A stretch of 64,000 nucleotides of DNA, taken from positions 8,380 through 72,379 of the forward strand of contig JAYOTG010000008.1 of the NCBI GenBank assembly GCA_038150305.1. Reading direction: 5' to 3'. The notes beneath the pieces are model-generated. The model ran no database searches. It worked only from the letters and a program-made list of their open reading frames with translations, and was not told where the DNA came from. The translations under genes and the position numbers were made by a program. Positions 1-9,472 of the stretch are shown piece by piece; the first letter of the stretch is position 1, and every line of letters starts with the position of its first letter. This DNA comes from Candidatus Poseidoniales archaeon (GTDB taxonomy: Archaea; Thermoplasmatota; Poseidoniia; Poseidoniales; Poseidoniaceae).

Positions 1-447
1 CAATTGGTGACCAATCTGCGTCTTCCCGGAGCCGAATGCACCGTACACTTCGACCAGGGCTTGGGTTTCGAAGCCACCGCCGAGCAGATCGTCGATCGAC
101 TGGACCTTGGCGGAGAGCTTGAGCACCTCACGGCGGCGGTCGAGCAGGGCTCCACCGGAGACGAAGCCTCCGATGTTGGCCATCTTCTTGGCACCCGCAA
201 TGATCTTGCTTGCGACCGCCTCGCCAAGTTCCGCCTGCTCAGCAAGCTCGGAAGGCGACATCACGGCGATGGCCAAGAGCTCATCGAAGCCGGCCTCGCG
301 CAGCTTCTCTGCCGTCGCGGGCCCGACCCCAGGGAGGTCTTCGATGCTGACCGTCACCTCGGGTTCCTCCGTCATCAGAAGGTCATCTTCCTCGGAGGTG
401 CTTTCATTCTTCGTCTTGCTTGCTGTGCGCTTGGATTTGGTCGCCAT
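1..447 (-). CDS. radA: DNA repair/recombination protein RadA (3' part runs off the window)
   Basis: Absent from the ORF track; translated by hand from ATG at 447: ...[20 protein letters not shown] (HhH)...[33 protein letters not shown] (Walker A). Confidence 0.95.
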   Translation of the reverse strand, partial: MATKSKRTASKTKNESTSEEDDLLMTEEPEVTVSIEDLPGVGPATAEKLREAGFDELLAIAVMSPSELAEQAELGEAVASKIIAGAKKMANIGGFVSGGALLDRRREVLKLSAKVQSIDDLLGGGFETQALVEVYGAFGSGKTQIGHQL

Positions 448-573
448 GGGTTCACGTTCCTTGGCGAGAGGGATGGGCGTCCACCTATGAAGGACCTATG
501 GACCCCAACGTGGGGATCAAAGGTGCCCCCTCCCCGGGAGGGCGCCGACGTACCTCGATGGTTCACTTTCAGT

Positions 574-1386
574 TCAGATTTTGTCCACTTCAGACTGTTC
601 GGAGGTGAAGGGCCGAGCGGGGCTCTCTGCCTCGGCGTGAAGCACATCGATGATGCTCGTCACGGTGACTTGTTCGTCGTCCGTGTCGAGGGTGATGCGC
701 AGCACCCAATCGCCGTCGTCGGCTTCGGCTGGCCCGCTGGACCCTTCCCACGTCTCCTCTTGCCCGTCGGCAATCTGTGCGGTTCCCGTGGCGCGCAACG
801 CGTCGCTGCCGTCCAGCAGTTCCCATGTGGCCGACACCGCACGTCCGAGGATACCTCCCACGTTGCCGATGTTCGCCACGGTGGACGACACCTCCACTCG
901 TTCCACGCCTTGTGTGCCGTCGGTCATCACCCTGATGCTGGCGTCATCGGGGTTGGTGGTCCCCGTGTCTTGCCAGTCGAGGCGAAGATCGATTCGAACG
1001 GTGATCTCCTCAGAGGCCTCAAACCCGCTTTCGGTGCGGGCGCCATAGGTCAAGGCGTAGAGGCCATGGGTGGCGTACTCCACCTCGATGCTCGCGGTCT
1101 GGTTGGCGTCGGTCACGATTTCATCTCGTCCGTCGCCAGGAAGCACGAAGAAGGCCACCAGCGAATCGTCGGTGGACGTCACGCGGGCGAAGTCAAAGGT
1201 GAGCGTGACCGATTGGCTGCCGGTTTGTTGCCCGTTTCGCCACGTTTGCTCCACCACGCCGACCGTCTCGTCATAGTACACCTTGAGGTCGACGACCTCG
1301 GCATCGCCTCCATCGTCAGAAGCGCCCGTGCAACCCGCGAGGGAAGCGCTGAGCATCAGAAGGGCCAACAACACGCCGTTGCGCAT
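574..1386 (-). CDS. Putative lipoprotein with beta-rich (PKD/Ig-like) domains
   Basis: Signal peptide with lipobox SLAGC, then an acidic beta-strand-rich body. Confidence 0.75.
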   Translation of the reverse strand: MRNGVLLALLMLSASLAGCTGASDDGGDAEVVDLKVYYDETVGVVEQTWRNGQQTGSQSVTLTFDFARVTSTDDSLVAFFVLPGDGRDEIVTDANQTASIEVEYATHGLYALTYGARTESGFEASEEITVRIDLRLDWQDTGTTNPDDASIRVMTDGTQGVERVEVSSTVANIGNVGGILGRAVSATWELLDGSDALRATGTAQIADGQEETWEGSSGPAEADDGDWVLRITLDTDDEQVTVTSIIDVLHAEAESPARPFTSEQSEVDKI

Positions 1387-1490
1387 GGTTGCATGTGACC
1401 GTCAGAGGACAAAAACTGCCCGGCTCCCGTGCGAGCAAGCGCGCGACGCATGGCGGTGGGTTGAAGTGGAGGGGGTTGTGCCTTCTGCTC

Positions 1491-1568
1491 AGCGAGGTGG
1501 GGTAGTCTGGATATCCCGTCGGGCTCATAACCCGGAGATCGATGGTTCAAATCCATCCCTCGCTACCA
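1491..1568 (+). tRNA. Initiator tRNA-Met (CAT), CCA encoded
   Basis: Acceptor stem AGCGAGG/CCTCGCT (A1-U72), anticodon arm TCGGG-CTCATAA-CCCGG with three consecutive G-C pairs, T arm GATGG-TTCAAAT-CCATC, ends ACCA; no intron. Confidence 0.97.
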
Positions 1569-1569
1569 G

Positions 1570-2310
1570 TCAACCGTACTCATAGTAGTCGTGCGTGGGC
1601 TCCAATGAGGCGATTGCGGCCTGCAATTTTGCTTGCGCCTGTGCCGCTTGGTTCCGGAGCGCATCGCCCTCGACCTTGATGCGCTCGAGCGCAGCACGTG
1701 CACGCGCATCCTTGCACGTGGAGAGGGCCGCCTCAACACGCTCGAGGAGCACCGCGGATTCAGGGGCCCCGTTGGGGACGAGGGAGAGGCCGTGCTCCGC
1801 CTGCACCACGGGTCCAGCCGCGTCCACTGCATCGGCCAAACGCCGACCGAATCCACCGGCCTCACCCAGCCGTTCAACGGCTTCAACATGGGCGAGAAGG
1901 TGCCCCGGGCGCGTCTTGACCAGACGCTTGAGCGCTTTCCGAGCCGCTCCGGCTCGGCCCAGCGCTGCCGCCGCACGCAGGGAGCGAAGGTGGTCCTCTG
2001 CAGCCGGCGTCAGGCGCTCAAGCAGGGCGGGGTCGGCCCGACGCACGGTCCGTTCAAGAGCGCGCCGTTCGCGGTGCAGGCGACGGACCTCGGCTTCGCC
2101 TTCCTTCGCTTTCCCACGGAGGATCAACACGTCACTGAGCAAGCGGAGCGCCTTGACGAGATGGACCTGATCGGTGACCTCACGTCCGCGCTTTGCCCGG
2201 AGTTGGCCGACCAAATCACGGGCCATGACCTCCGTGATTTCCTCGCGTCCATCGGCAAGGTAGCGCTCCAGCTGGACCAGAACCTGCCCGGCATCGCCCA
2301 TCCCAAACAT
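1570..2310 (-). CDS. Hypothetical all-alpha (TPR-like) protein
   Basis: 246-aa Ala/Arg/Leu/Glu-rich helical ORF filling the gap between the tRNA and the next gene. Confidence 0.7.
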   Translation of the reverse strand: MFGMGDAGQVLVQLERYLADGREEITEVMARDLVGQLRAKRGREVTDQVHLVKALRLLSDVLILRGKAKEGEAEVRRLHRERRALERTVRRADPALLERLTPAAEDHLRSLRAAAALGRAGAARKALKRLVKTRPGHLLAHVEAVERLGEAGGFGRRLADAVDAAGPVVQAEHGLSLVPNGAPESAVLLERVEAALSTCKDARARAALERIKVEGDALRNQAAQAQAKLQAAIASLEPTHDYYEYG

Positions 2311-2342
2311 GACGCTCGGTCATGACAGGCATGTGGAGGCCA

Positions 2343-2948
2343 TCATTCCTTTCCCGGTTCGCGAAGGCCGACGGCAAGGAGGGCCAACACCGCCCCAAGC
2401 CCGAGCACGGCGATGCCCACGACCGTGGGCGTCAGTGCATCGCTTCGTGGCTCGTTGAGCGCGCCCTCATGATCTGGTCCGGTGGACACCACGCTCAGCG
2501 TGGCCCAGCGGTCACCGTCCGACGCACCGTTGCCGTTGACATGGTTGATGTGCAGGTTCGCGCGGACCGCAACGTCCGTCGCGTTCGGCGCAATCCACAC
2601 CGCCGACCAGCCTTCAACAAGCGACGACGGGGCGGTGTGGGTGAGGCCTCCGTCCACGGATTGCATGGTCGCGGAGCCGTTCTCGAGCAAGGTTCCACCG
2701 TCCACCACGAGCCGGAACCCGCCGTTGGCGTCCAGCGGCACGCTGGCGTTGATGTGAATCTGGTAGGCCGTTCCCGGGTCGTAGACCTCGGGCCAGCCAT
2801 GCAGATGGATGGCCTCCTCGAGGGAGGGGCCGCCGTGGCACAGGCAACCGTCGTTCCCTTGTTCGCCGACGCCGTTTGGCGAGGCGACGCTGACCGGGCC
2901 AAGCAGCATGACGGTCAAGAGGGCCACGGTCAGTACACCATGCCGCAT
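2343..2948 (-). CDS. Secreted, membrane-anchored Reeler-like domain protein
   Basis: Signal peptide, GCLCHGG motif, GWPEVYDPGTAYQI and GGFRL segments, C-terminal TM helix. Confidence 0.65.
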   Translation of the reverse strand: MRHGVLTVALLTVMLLGPVSVASPNGVGEQGNDGCLCHGGPSLEEAIHLHGWPEVYDPGTAYQIHINASVPLDANGGFRLVVDGGTLLENGSATMQSVDGGLTHTAPSSLVEGWSAVWIAPNATDVAVRANLHINHVNGNGASDGDRWATLSVVSTGPDHEGALNEPRSDALTPTVVGIAVLGLGAVLALLAVGLREPGKE

Positions 2949-3010
2949 GGCCTCCCCTCATGCACACGTGGAGGCATGAGGTTGAAACGTGTGTCGTCGA
3001 ACCCTCAAGC

Positions 3011-3622
3011 ATGGACGATGACATCGACGTCTTCGCTGAGTTGGGCGTGACCCCCACCGCCGCACCGGCTGCGGGTGGCGGAGACGAGGACTTGCTCGGA
3101 CTTCTGGCCGAGGCCCCTTCCGCACCCACAGCGGATCCTCTGGCCGCGCTAATGGACGGTGACGAGGACGGGTTCGAAACGGCGCAAGGCGCCGTTGAGG
3201 CGACCCCGGCTGCCGAACCTGCTCCCGCACCCGAACCGTCTCAGCCCATACCTGACGCGCAAGCAGCGCCGGCCCTGAGCGAGGAGATGATCGGTCAAGT
3301 CGTGGCCTTGTTGGTGCAACGTGGCCTGTCCGTGGACCCACGCAGGCTTGGCCTCCCTGCAGACACAGGGTTGGACGTGGGTCACGTCACGGTCGAGCGG
3401 GACCAAGACCTCCTCGTCGCTCGTGCGGACGTGACGCTGAACGGCACGCCCATGCATCCTTTCGCGGCGGTGCGCTTGACCGAGGAAGGGCTCACCTCCC
3501 TTTCGCCACCGGATGCCCTGCCGGAGGCGTGGCACCCCATGCACGACGTCCTGGCCACGGCCCTGATGGAAGGCTCCCAACAACTGGAGCAAGCCTTGGG
3601 CCGTGCTTGGGTGCGGGCATAA
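3011..3622 (+). CDS. Hypothetical protein with acidic, Pro/Ala-rich disordered N-terminus
   Basis: ORF 2960..3622; start placed at ATG 3011 because TTGAAA lies 29 nt upstream. Confidence 0.7.
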   Translation: MDDDIDVFAELGVTPTAAPAAGGGDEDLLGLLAEAPSAPTADPLAALMDGDEDGFETAQGAVEATPAAEPAPAPEPSQPIPDAQAAPALSEEMIGQVVALLVQRGLSVDPRRLGLPADTGLDVGHVTVERDQDLLVARADVTLNGTPMHPFAAVRLTEEGLTSLSPPDALPEAWHPMHDVLATALMEGSQQLEQALGRAWVRA

Positions 3623-4009
3623 TCAGGGCGCGTGAACCTCGGCGGCAAAGGTGATCTCGACATCGGTCCGCAGCGACGTCGAAGCGCTGCAGTACGTGCT
3701 GTGGCTCTTCTCTACGAGACGATGAAGCAACTTCTCTGGCACCCCCCCGCGCACGTGGTACACCATGTGGATCTTGGTGAAGTGCCGTGGCGGTTCTGGC
3801 CGACGCTCGGACTCGAGTTCCAGCCACACTTCGGAGAATGCCCGGTCTTTCAGGCCGGTGACGATGTCGGCGATGGTGCATGCTCCGATGGCTTGGAGCA
3901 TGACCTGCATCGGGGACGGGCCGTCGTTCCAGTCCATGTCCAATTGATCCTTGGCGGCGTTGAAGCACGCCATCTTGCTGCCCCCGGTCCAATGGACTTC
4001 GGCCTTCAT
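3623..4009 (-). CDS. OsmC/YhfA family protein
   Basis: C-terminal part of ORF 3623..5134: GPSPMQ...GACT...FTKIHMVYHV...YCS, with both family Cys. Confidence 0.9.
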   Translation of the reverse strand: MKAEVHWTGGSKMACFNAAKDQLDMDWNDGPSPMQVMLQAIGACTIADIVTGLKDRAFSEVWLELESERRPEPPRHFTKIHMVYHVRGGVPEKLLHRLVEKSHSTYCSASTSLRTDVEITFAAEVHAP

Positions 4010-4105
4010 GCCATGGCGTGAACGCTGCCCATCTTCATGCTTCGCGAAGTCTTGCCATGAAATGGGCGGGGAGGGATTCAAGAACAGCCGGCAGGTGGCC
4101 CGGTC

Positions 4106-5344
4106 ATGAGCGAAAACCAAGGCACCCCCATCACCCTTGAAAACGGCGTCCTTTCCGTGCCAGACCGACCCACGGTCCACTACATCGAGGGCGACGGCAT
4201 TGGCATCGACATCACCCCGGTGATGATCAACGTCATCGACGCCGCCGTCGAGAAGGCCTACGGCGGCCAGCGCAGCATCGCATGGTCGGAAGTGCTGGCC
4301 GGTGAGAAGGCGTTCAACGCCACCGGTGAGTGGCTTCCAGAAGCGACCCTCGAGGCGATGCGCTCTGGACTGGTCTCGATCAAGGGCCCGCTGACCACCC
4401 CCGTGGGTGGCGGCATCCGCAGCCTGAACGTGGCCCTCCGTCAGAAGCTCGACCTCTTCGCCTGCGTTCGCCCCGTGCGGTGGTACGAAGGCACGCCTTC
4501 GCCCGTCAAGGCCCCCGGCGACGTGGACATGGTCATCTTCCGTGAGAACAGCGAAGACGTCTATGCGGGCATTGAATGGGAAGCCGGAAGCGAAGGCGTG
4601 GCGAAGCTCATCGCCTTCCTGCAGAACGAAATGGGTGTCGACAAGATTCGCTTCCCCAACACCAGCGGCATTGGCATCAAGCCCATCTCCAGTGAGGGCA
4701 CGGCCCGGATCGTCCGTGCCGCCCTCCAGTACGTCATCGACAACGACCGAGACAGCCTGACCTTGGTGCACAAGGGCAACATCATGAAGTTCACTGAAGG
4801 CGGATTCCGAGACTGGGGTTACCAGATCGCCAAGGACGAATTTGGCGCCACGGAACTCGACGGTGGGCCATGGTGCACCTTCACCAACCCCAACACCGGC
4901 ACCACGATCACGGTCAAGGACGTCATCGCCGATGCCATGCTCCAGCAGGTGCTCACCCGCCCCCGAGAATACGGCGTGCTGGCGACGATGAACCTCAACG
5001 GCGATTACATCTCGGACGCGCTCGCAGCCCAAGTCGGTGGCATCGGCATCGCCCCCGGTGCGAACATCAACTACAACACCGGCATTGCCATCTTTGAAGC
5101 AACCCACGGCACCGCTCCCAAGTACACCGGCCAAGACAAGGTCAACCCCGGCAGCCTCATCCTCTCAGCAGAAATGATGCTGCGTCACATGGGCTGGACC
5201 GAGGCGGCCGATCTGGTGGTCAAGGGCATGGAAGGCGCCATTTCTGCCCGCACGGTCACCTACGACTTTGAGCGACTGATGGACGACGCGACCCTGTTGT
5301 CCTGCAGCGCCTTCGGTGAGGCCATCGTCTCCCACATGGCGTGA
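4106..5344 (+). CDS. icd: Isocitrate dehydrogenase (NADP-dependent, E. coli type)
   Basis: [60 protein letters not shown]. Confidence 0.97.
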   Translation: MSENQGTPITLENGVLSVPDRPTVHYIEGDGIGIDITPVMINVIDAAVEKAYGGQRSIAWSEVLAGEKAFNATGEWLPEATLEAMRSGLVSIKGPLTTPVGGGIRSLNVALRQKLDLFACVRPVRWYEGTPSPVKAPGDVDMVIFRENSEDVYAGIEWEAGSEGVAKLIAFLQNEMGVDKIRFPNTSGIGIKPISSEGTARIVRAALQYVIDNDRDSLTLVHKGNIMKFTEGGFRDWGYQIAKDEFGATELDGGPWCTFTNPNTGTTITVKDVIADAMLQQVLTRPREYGVLATMNLNGDYISDALAAQVGGIGIAPGANINYNTGIAIFEATHGTAPKYTGQDKVNPGSLILSAEMMLRHMGWTEAADLVVKGMEGAISARTVTYDFERLMDDATLLSCSAFGEAIVSHMA

Positions 5345-5381
5345 AGCAGCACAGGCTCCGAGTCACGGCGCACCCGCCGAA

Positions 5382-8300
5382 TCAGCGGGCTGACCATTGG
5401 TTGAGGGTTTGTGCGTTCTTGATGACGCCGAAGCCGAGGTTCTCCAGCAACGAGGGTGCAACGAGGGTGAAGTCGCTGTCCCTGGTGGCGACCAGCACAG
5501 CGCCGAAATCTTCCAGTGGAATCTCTGCCAACCGCATCGCGAGGCACATGATTTCGCGGTCTTCCTTCTCGGGGTAGATGTCGCGGCTTGAGCCCAAGGA
5601 GGTGCGCTGCGGTTGACCGCGCAGTCGTTTCATGGCCGTGACCTCGTCGTACACGTCGCTGTGGCCGGCCAGGAAGGCGTCGAGCTTGGCCACACGTTCG
5701 TCCTCCATCGCCTCTGCATCGTAGCGCTCCTCCCGCTTGGTCCAGGTCTCAAAGGAAATCAGGACCTCGTTGAGGGCATCCTCAACGTTGGCGTCATCGA
5801 GGATGGCTTCGATGTCCTCTGGCGTGGCGAAGGTGTCACGCAGACGGTCACGCAGCACGTTTCCACCCTTGGCAATGGAGGTCAATTCATGCCGGACGGG
5901 CTCGGGGAGCATCAGCTGAACCTTCCCGGAGGCACCCAAACGCTCGAGGTGATGGTGCAGGTCGCGGTTGGCGTCGATGGCCAAACCTGCTCGCATGCTC
6001 CGGCCCGTGCGCTGAATCAGGCGGTCGAGGAGCGCGTCCACCAACACGTTGGTGTCCACCAAAATCAGTGGAGCCAGCTTCAGGTGGCGGAGGTGTCGCC
6101 GGTCCGCTACGGCGATGTGATCGCGCTTCATGATGAACAGCGAGCGCATGGAATTCTCGATCTGTCGCTGCTGCATCAAGCGGAATTGCTTGGAGGACAG
6201 CGCCCGCTCGAGGAACATCAATCCGGTGAGAGCGTGGTCGTCAGAAGCGCGGCGGGCGAGTTCGTACACCTCTTCAGGCGTAGGGGAACTGTCCATCAGT
6301 TGTGCGTAGCGTTGGTCGTGGTTCCGTCGATGGCTGCGACGCTGGCTCGAGAGGTTCTTGGCCGCCATGACACGACCGATGAAGGGATGCTTTGGCAGAG
6401 GGATGGCGTGAGCATCAGGATATGCGAGGAGGATGTCGAGTTGATCCTCATTGTACCAGATGCGCGTACGCTCTCGTTCCTCGCCCTCTTCGTTCTCTTC
6501 GATGACGACTTCGCGTTCTTTGACCGCTTCACGGATGATGTGCGTCGCATCGTCCGTCGCTCCGTTGTGCGCCGTGTGTGAAACGCGCAAGTAGAGCAAG
6601 AAGCGTTCGGTCATCGCGGTCCGCAGCCCAGGTTCCTCGTTCACAAGGTCGATCGCGCGCTTCCATTCACCGGAAAACGCGTAGTGGATCAACGATTTGC
6701 GGTTCAGCGCCACGCGGTGCTCGAAGTCGAAGGCGAATTCGTTGTCCTCTGGCGCATCGACCGCCCCTTGCTGCTTGGCAGCGCGGCCGTATTCTTGGGC
6801 AGCGCGCAAGTGCTGACCCTCTGAGGAAGCGAGCGCTGCGCGTGCAACCACGCTCCACGGGGAGCGGGGGTCGTGCTCTTGGTACCACGCCACCAACGAG
6901 GGCAAGGGGAGGTCGTGGTCAAAGAGCAACTGGCGGATGGCGTGGATGCGCCGAGTGGGAACGTTGTCGCCTCCAACCAGGCCGTCGATGAGGGAGACGG
7001 TTTGTGCGTTGGAGGTCCCGTTTTGCACCTGCTGAATGGCCGAGTTCAAGCGCAAGGTGGCGGTGATGGCATGCGCAAGGCCATCGTCGATGGGGTTCAG
7101 GTTGCCTTCACCAAGCGCCTCTTCGAACTCATCGAGCACTTTGGACTCAACAACCCCATCGCCGCCTTCGAGCAAGGCACGGCGAATTTGTTTGTAGGCC
7201 AGAAGGCCCTGTTTGGTGTGCACGATGTCCTGGAACAAGTCCTCGGGAGCATCACCGCCTTCGAGCAGTTGAATCAAAGAGGCCGTCTTTGGCCCGAACG
7301 CAGCAGGAGGCACGCTTTCATGGAGCAACGGGAGCAAGGTTTGCCGGGCCGAGCGCACCCCGTGGTACAGGTCGATGTCCTTGCGAGCGGCCAACAAATG
7401 AGCACACAAGGTGACCAACCACGGATGATGGTCGGCATGGGCTCCTTCGATCAACAATCGGGAAAGGCGTCGAATTTCTTGCCCTTCCAAAAGCACGGGG
7501 ACGAGGCGTGCGACGTCCTCCCCAGAGAAGGCGAATCCGCCGTCCTGAAGACTGCGGAACGCGGTCATCCGAGGCAACGCAGGTAAAGCGTCGTGCAGGG
7601 CGATGTGCAAGCGAGCGGGTGCTTCCATCCGCTCACAGACGCCCGCCAACCAGTCCGTGGCTTCCACGGCATCGATGCTGACGACAAGGTCGCCCAAAGA
7701 CACCGCGTCAACCTCACCGTCTACGGAAAGGGACGTCAGCGATGCAATGGCGTCCGCCTGTTGACCTTCCGAAACGAGCGCTCCGAGGTGCCACCAGCGC
7801 ACGCGGTCCACCACGGGACCCGGTGCGGAAGCCGCTTCGAGCAAGGCGAGTCCTTCCTGCAGGGTGCTGGCGTCAAGGTCCGCGGCCAACTCGTCAGGTT
7901 GCATCCACGCCAAGCGTTGGCGCATGCGGTCGAGGGACGTCTCGGTACCGGCAGCCCGACTGAGGTTCCAATCGGCCACCTCGCCCGCTCGAAGCGCGGC
8001 CAAATCGCGATGCTTCTCCGCCAAGTCCTCGTCTTCGGCCGCAAGGGCCGCAAGGGATGCCTCGGGCAGGGGTTGGCCAAGGGACTGGGCCACCACCACG
8101 GCCACGGCGCTGAGTGAGCCCTCAAGCTCCAAGAGGGCCGGATCAAGGCTGATGCTTTTCCGTGCCTTCAGCTGAGGGATGAGGGTGTTGAGGGCGACTT
8201 TGGGGGCAGCGTCCACCACCAGGGGTTGAGCCGCGAGCACGAGGGCGAGGAGTTCCTCGCTGTCTTCGCCCGAAATGTCGGCCAGCGCGAGATCCATTGC

Positions 8301-8834
8301 ATCAACGGCGGCCACCGCCTCGCTGGGCTCGGCTTCCGGGAAACCGGACATTTGGGCGAGCACAGGGCATCGGCGGGCAACGTCGGCCCAAACCGGGTGA
8401 ACGCCGTCGCCCAAGCAGAGGTCGAGACGCTCCTGCACCGCCGCATCGTGAGCCTCATCCCAAGCGTCTGCGTCGAGCGTCTTGCGTGCGGTCAGCACCG
8501 CGAATCCGAAGGCTGCAGAGAAGGTGTCGTCGGACAAGACGTCCTCCACGTTCGGCAGGTGGTCCAAAGGACTTCCAGAACTCCGACCACCGCGACGGCC
8601 ACGTCGAGCGCGCGCGCCGCGAGGAGCGCGAGCGGGGAGAGCGGGGCCGTCGTCTTCGTCCTCGTCAGCGCCCGGTGCTTCCACCTCATGCAGGGCGAGG
8701 AGCAAGATGCCCTGCCACGGTTTCTGAAGGAGCTTGAACTCGTCTTGCCGGGTGGCAAAGGCCACACGCTGAGGCGCCCGCATCGGGCGACTGAAGCCCG
8801 ATGAGAGGCAGGTGGCGAGGTACTGTTCTTGCAA
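5382..8834 (-). CDS. Large helical-repeat protein with C-terminal PIN nuclease domain
   Basis: 1150-aa ORF with TTG start after GGGGGGTG. PIN motifs LVDTNV, VRHEL, EDREI, ATRDSDF. Confidence 0.8.
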   Translation of the reverse strand: MQEQYLATCLSSGFSRPMRAPQRVAFATRQDEFKLLQKPWQGILLLALHEVEAPGADEDEDDGPALPARAPRGARARRGRRGGRSSGSPLDHLPNVEDVLSDDTFSAAFGFAVLTARKTLDADAWDEAHDAAVQERLDLCLGDGVHPVWADVARRCPVLAQMSGFPEAEPSEAVAAVDAMDLALADISGEDSEELLALVLAAQPLVVDAAPKVALNTLIPQLKARKSISLDPALLELEGSLSAVAVVVAQSLGQPLPEASLAALAAEDEDLAEKHRDLAALRAGEVADWNLSRAAGTETSLDRMRQRLAWMQPDELAADLDASTLQEGLALLEAASAPGPVVDRVRWWHLGALVSEGQQADAIASLTSLSVDGEVDAVSLGDLVVSIDAVEATDWLAGVCERMEAPARLHIALHDALPALPRMTAFRSLQDGGFAFSGEDVARLVPVLLEGQEIRRLSRLLIEGAHADHHPWLVTLCAHLLAARKDIDLYHGVRSARQTLLPLLHESVPPAAFGPKTASLIQLLEGGDAPEDLFQDIVHTKQGLLAYKQIRRALLEGGDGVVESKVLDEFEEALGEGNLNPIDDGLAHAITATLRLNSAIQQVQNGTSNAQTVSLIDGLVGGDNVPTRRIHAIRQLLFDHDLPLPSLVAWYQEHDPRSPWSVVARAALASSEGQHLRAAQEYGRAAKQQGAVDAPEDNEFAFDFEHRVALNRKSLIHYAFSGEWKRAIDLVNEEPGLRTAMTERFLLYLRVSHTAHNGATDDATHIIREAVKEREVVIEENEEGEERERTRIWYNEDQLDILLAYPDAHAIPLPKHPFIGRVMAAKNLSSQRRSHRRNHDQRYAQLMDSSPTPEEVYELARRASDDHALTGLMFLERALSSKQFRLMQQRQIENSMRSLFIMKRDHIAVADRRHLRHLKLAPLILVDTNVLVDALLDRLIQRTGRSMRAGLAIDANRDLHHHLERLGASGKVQLMLPEPVRHELTSIAKGGNVLRDRLRDTFATPEDIEAILDDANVEDALNEVLISFETWTKREERYDAEAMEDERVAKLDAFLAGHSDVYDEVTAMKRLRGQPQRTSLGSSRDIYPEKEDREIMCLAMRLAEIPLEDFGAVLVATRDSDFTLVAPSLLENLGFGVIKNAQTLNQWSAR

Positions 8835-8957
8835 TCAGACACCCCCCGTGCGAACCGGCAAGGCTCGACGTCTTTCAATGCGTCGCCGTGCGGCACTTCC
8901 TGTCCGTTCCAGAACGAAAGGTCTTGAGGAGGGGCCACGCCTCCACCACGGAGGGTC

Positions 8958-9428
8958 ATGGAGCCGTTGTCCACCGCCCTCCTGTTGCTTCACCCCTTCC
9001 TTGCGCTCCTCATCGTGCTGTGGCTCGTTCGTCAGCACGGTTGGCGCAAGGGCGGAGGGACGCTGAAAGGAGAAGCGCGCCGCGAAGCCCTCGCCGAGCA
9101 CGTGCGAAGCGGCGAGCGTTTGTTGGTCGCCACGGTGGGCCTCGTGCTCGTGGCGGTGCTGGCTCGGGCAGCGGCAGGCTACATCGAAGAGGGGCGCATC
9201 ACGGCCATGTTGCTGCCGACCAACCTCCACGGATGGACCGGCCCACTCGGCCTGTGGGTGTTGTGGACCACGGTGCGCCACGGGCGCCAGGCTTTGGCCG
9301 CCATGGACAACAAGGAAAGCATCGTTGCCCCACGGACCCGTCACGGCCGAGCCGCTGACCTGATGTTGATCTTGGTTGGAATCCACGCCTTCCTTGGCTT
9401 CCTCTACACCTTCGCGGTGCTGTCCTGA
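8958..9428 (+). CDS. DUF4079-like 4-TM protein with cytochrome-b-like His pattern
   Basis: LLHP, EHVRSG, NLHGWTG, TRHG and GIHAFLG across four hydrophobic helices. Confidence 0.7.
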   Translation: MEPLSTALLLLHPFLALLIVLWLVRQHGWRKGGGTLKGEARREALAEHVRSGERLLVATVGLVLVAVLARAAAGYIEEGRITAMLLPTNLHGWTGPLGLWVLWTTVRHGRQALAAMDNKESIVAPRTRHGRAADLMLILVGIHAFLGFLYTFAVLS

Positions 9429-9472
9429 CGTTCAGAACATGCCTTGAAAAAGACCAGAGGGCGGCCGGAGCC

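Noticed and set aside
476..493. Shared CTTCATAGG(G)TGGA upstream of radA and of the coiled-coil gene (~41453-41467) as a regulon motif
   Set aside because: Only two instances, and it overlaps the probable TATA-like box, so it cannot be distinguished from chance.
4..1398. 464-aa plus-strand ORF
   Set aside because: Antisense shadow of radA and the lipoprotein gene; no recognisable motifs. Long shadow ORFs are expected at this GC content.
1491..1600. tRNA as an integration site for an island
   Set aside because: No integrase and no duplicated tRNA 3' end noticed; flanking genes look chromosomal.
2836..2850. c-type cytochrome heme motif
   Set aside because: The spacing is CxCH, not CxxCH.
3623..5134. 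503-aa minus ORF as a single protein
   Set aside because: Only the last 128 aa (OsmC) look real; the rest is antisense to icd.
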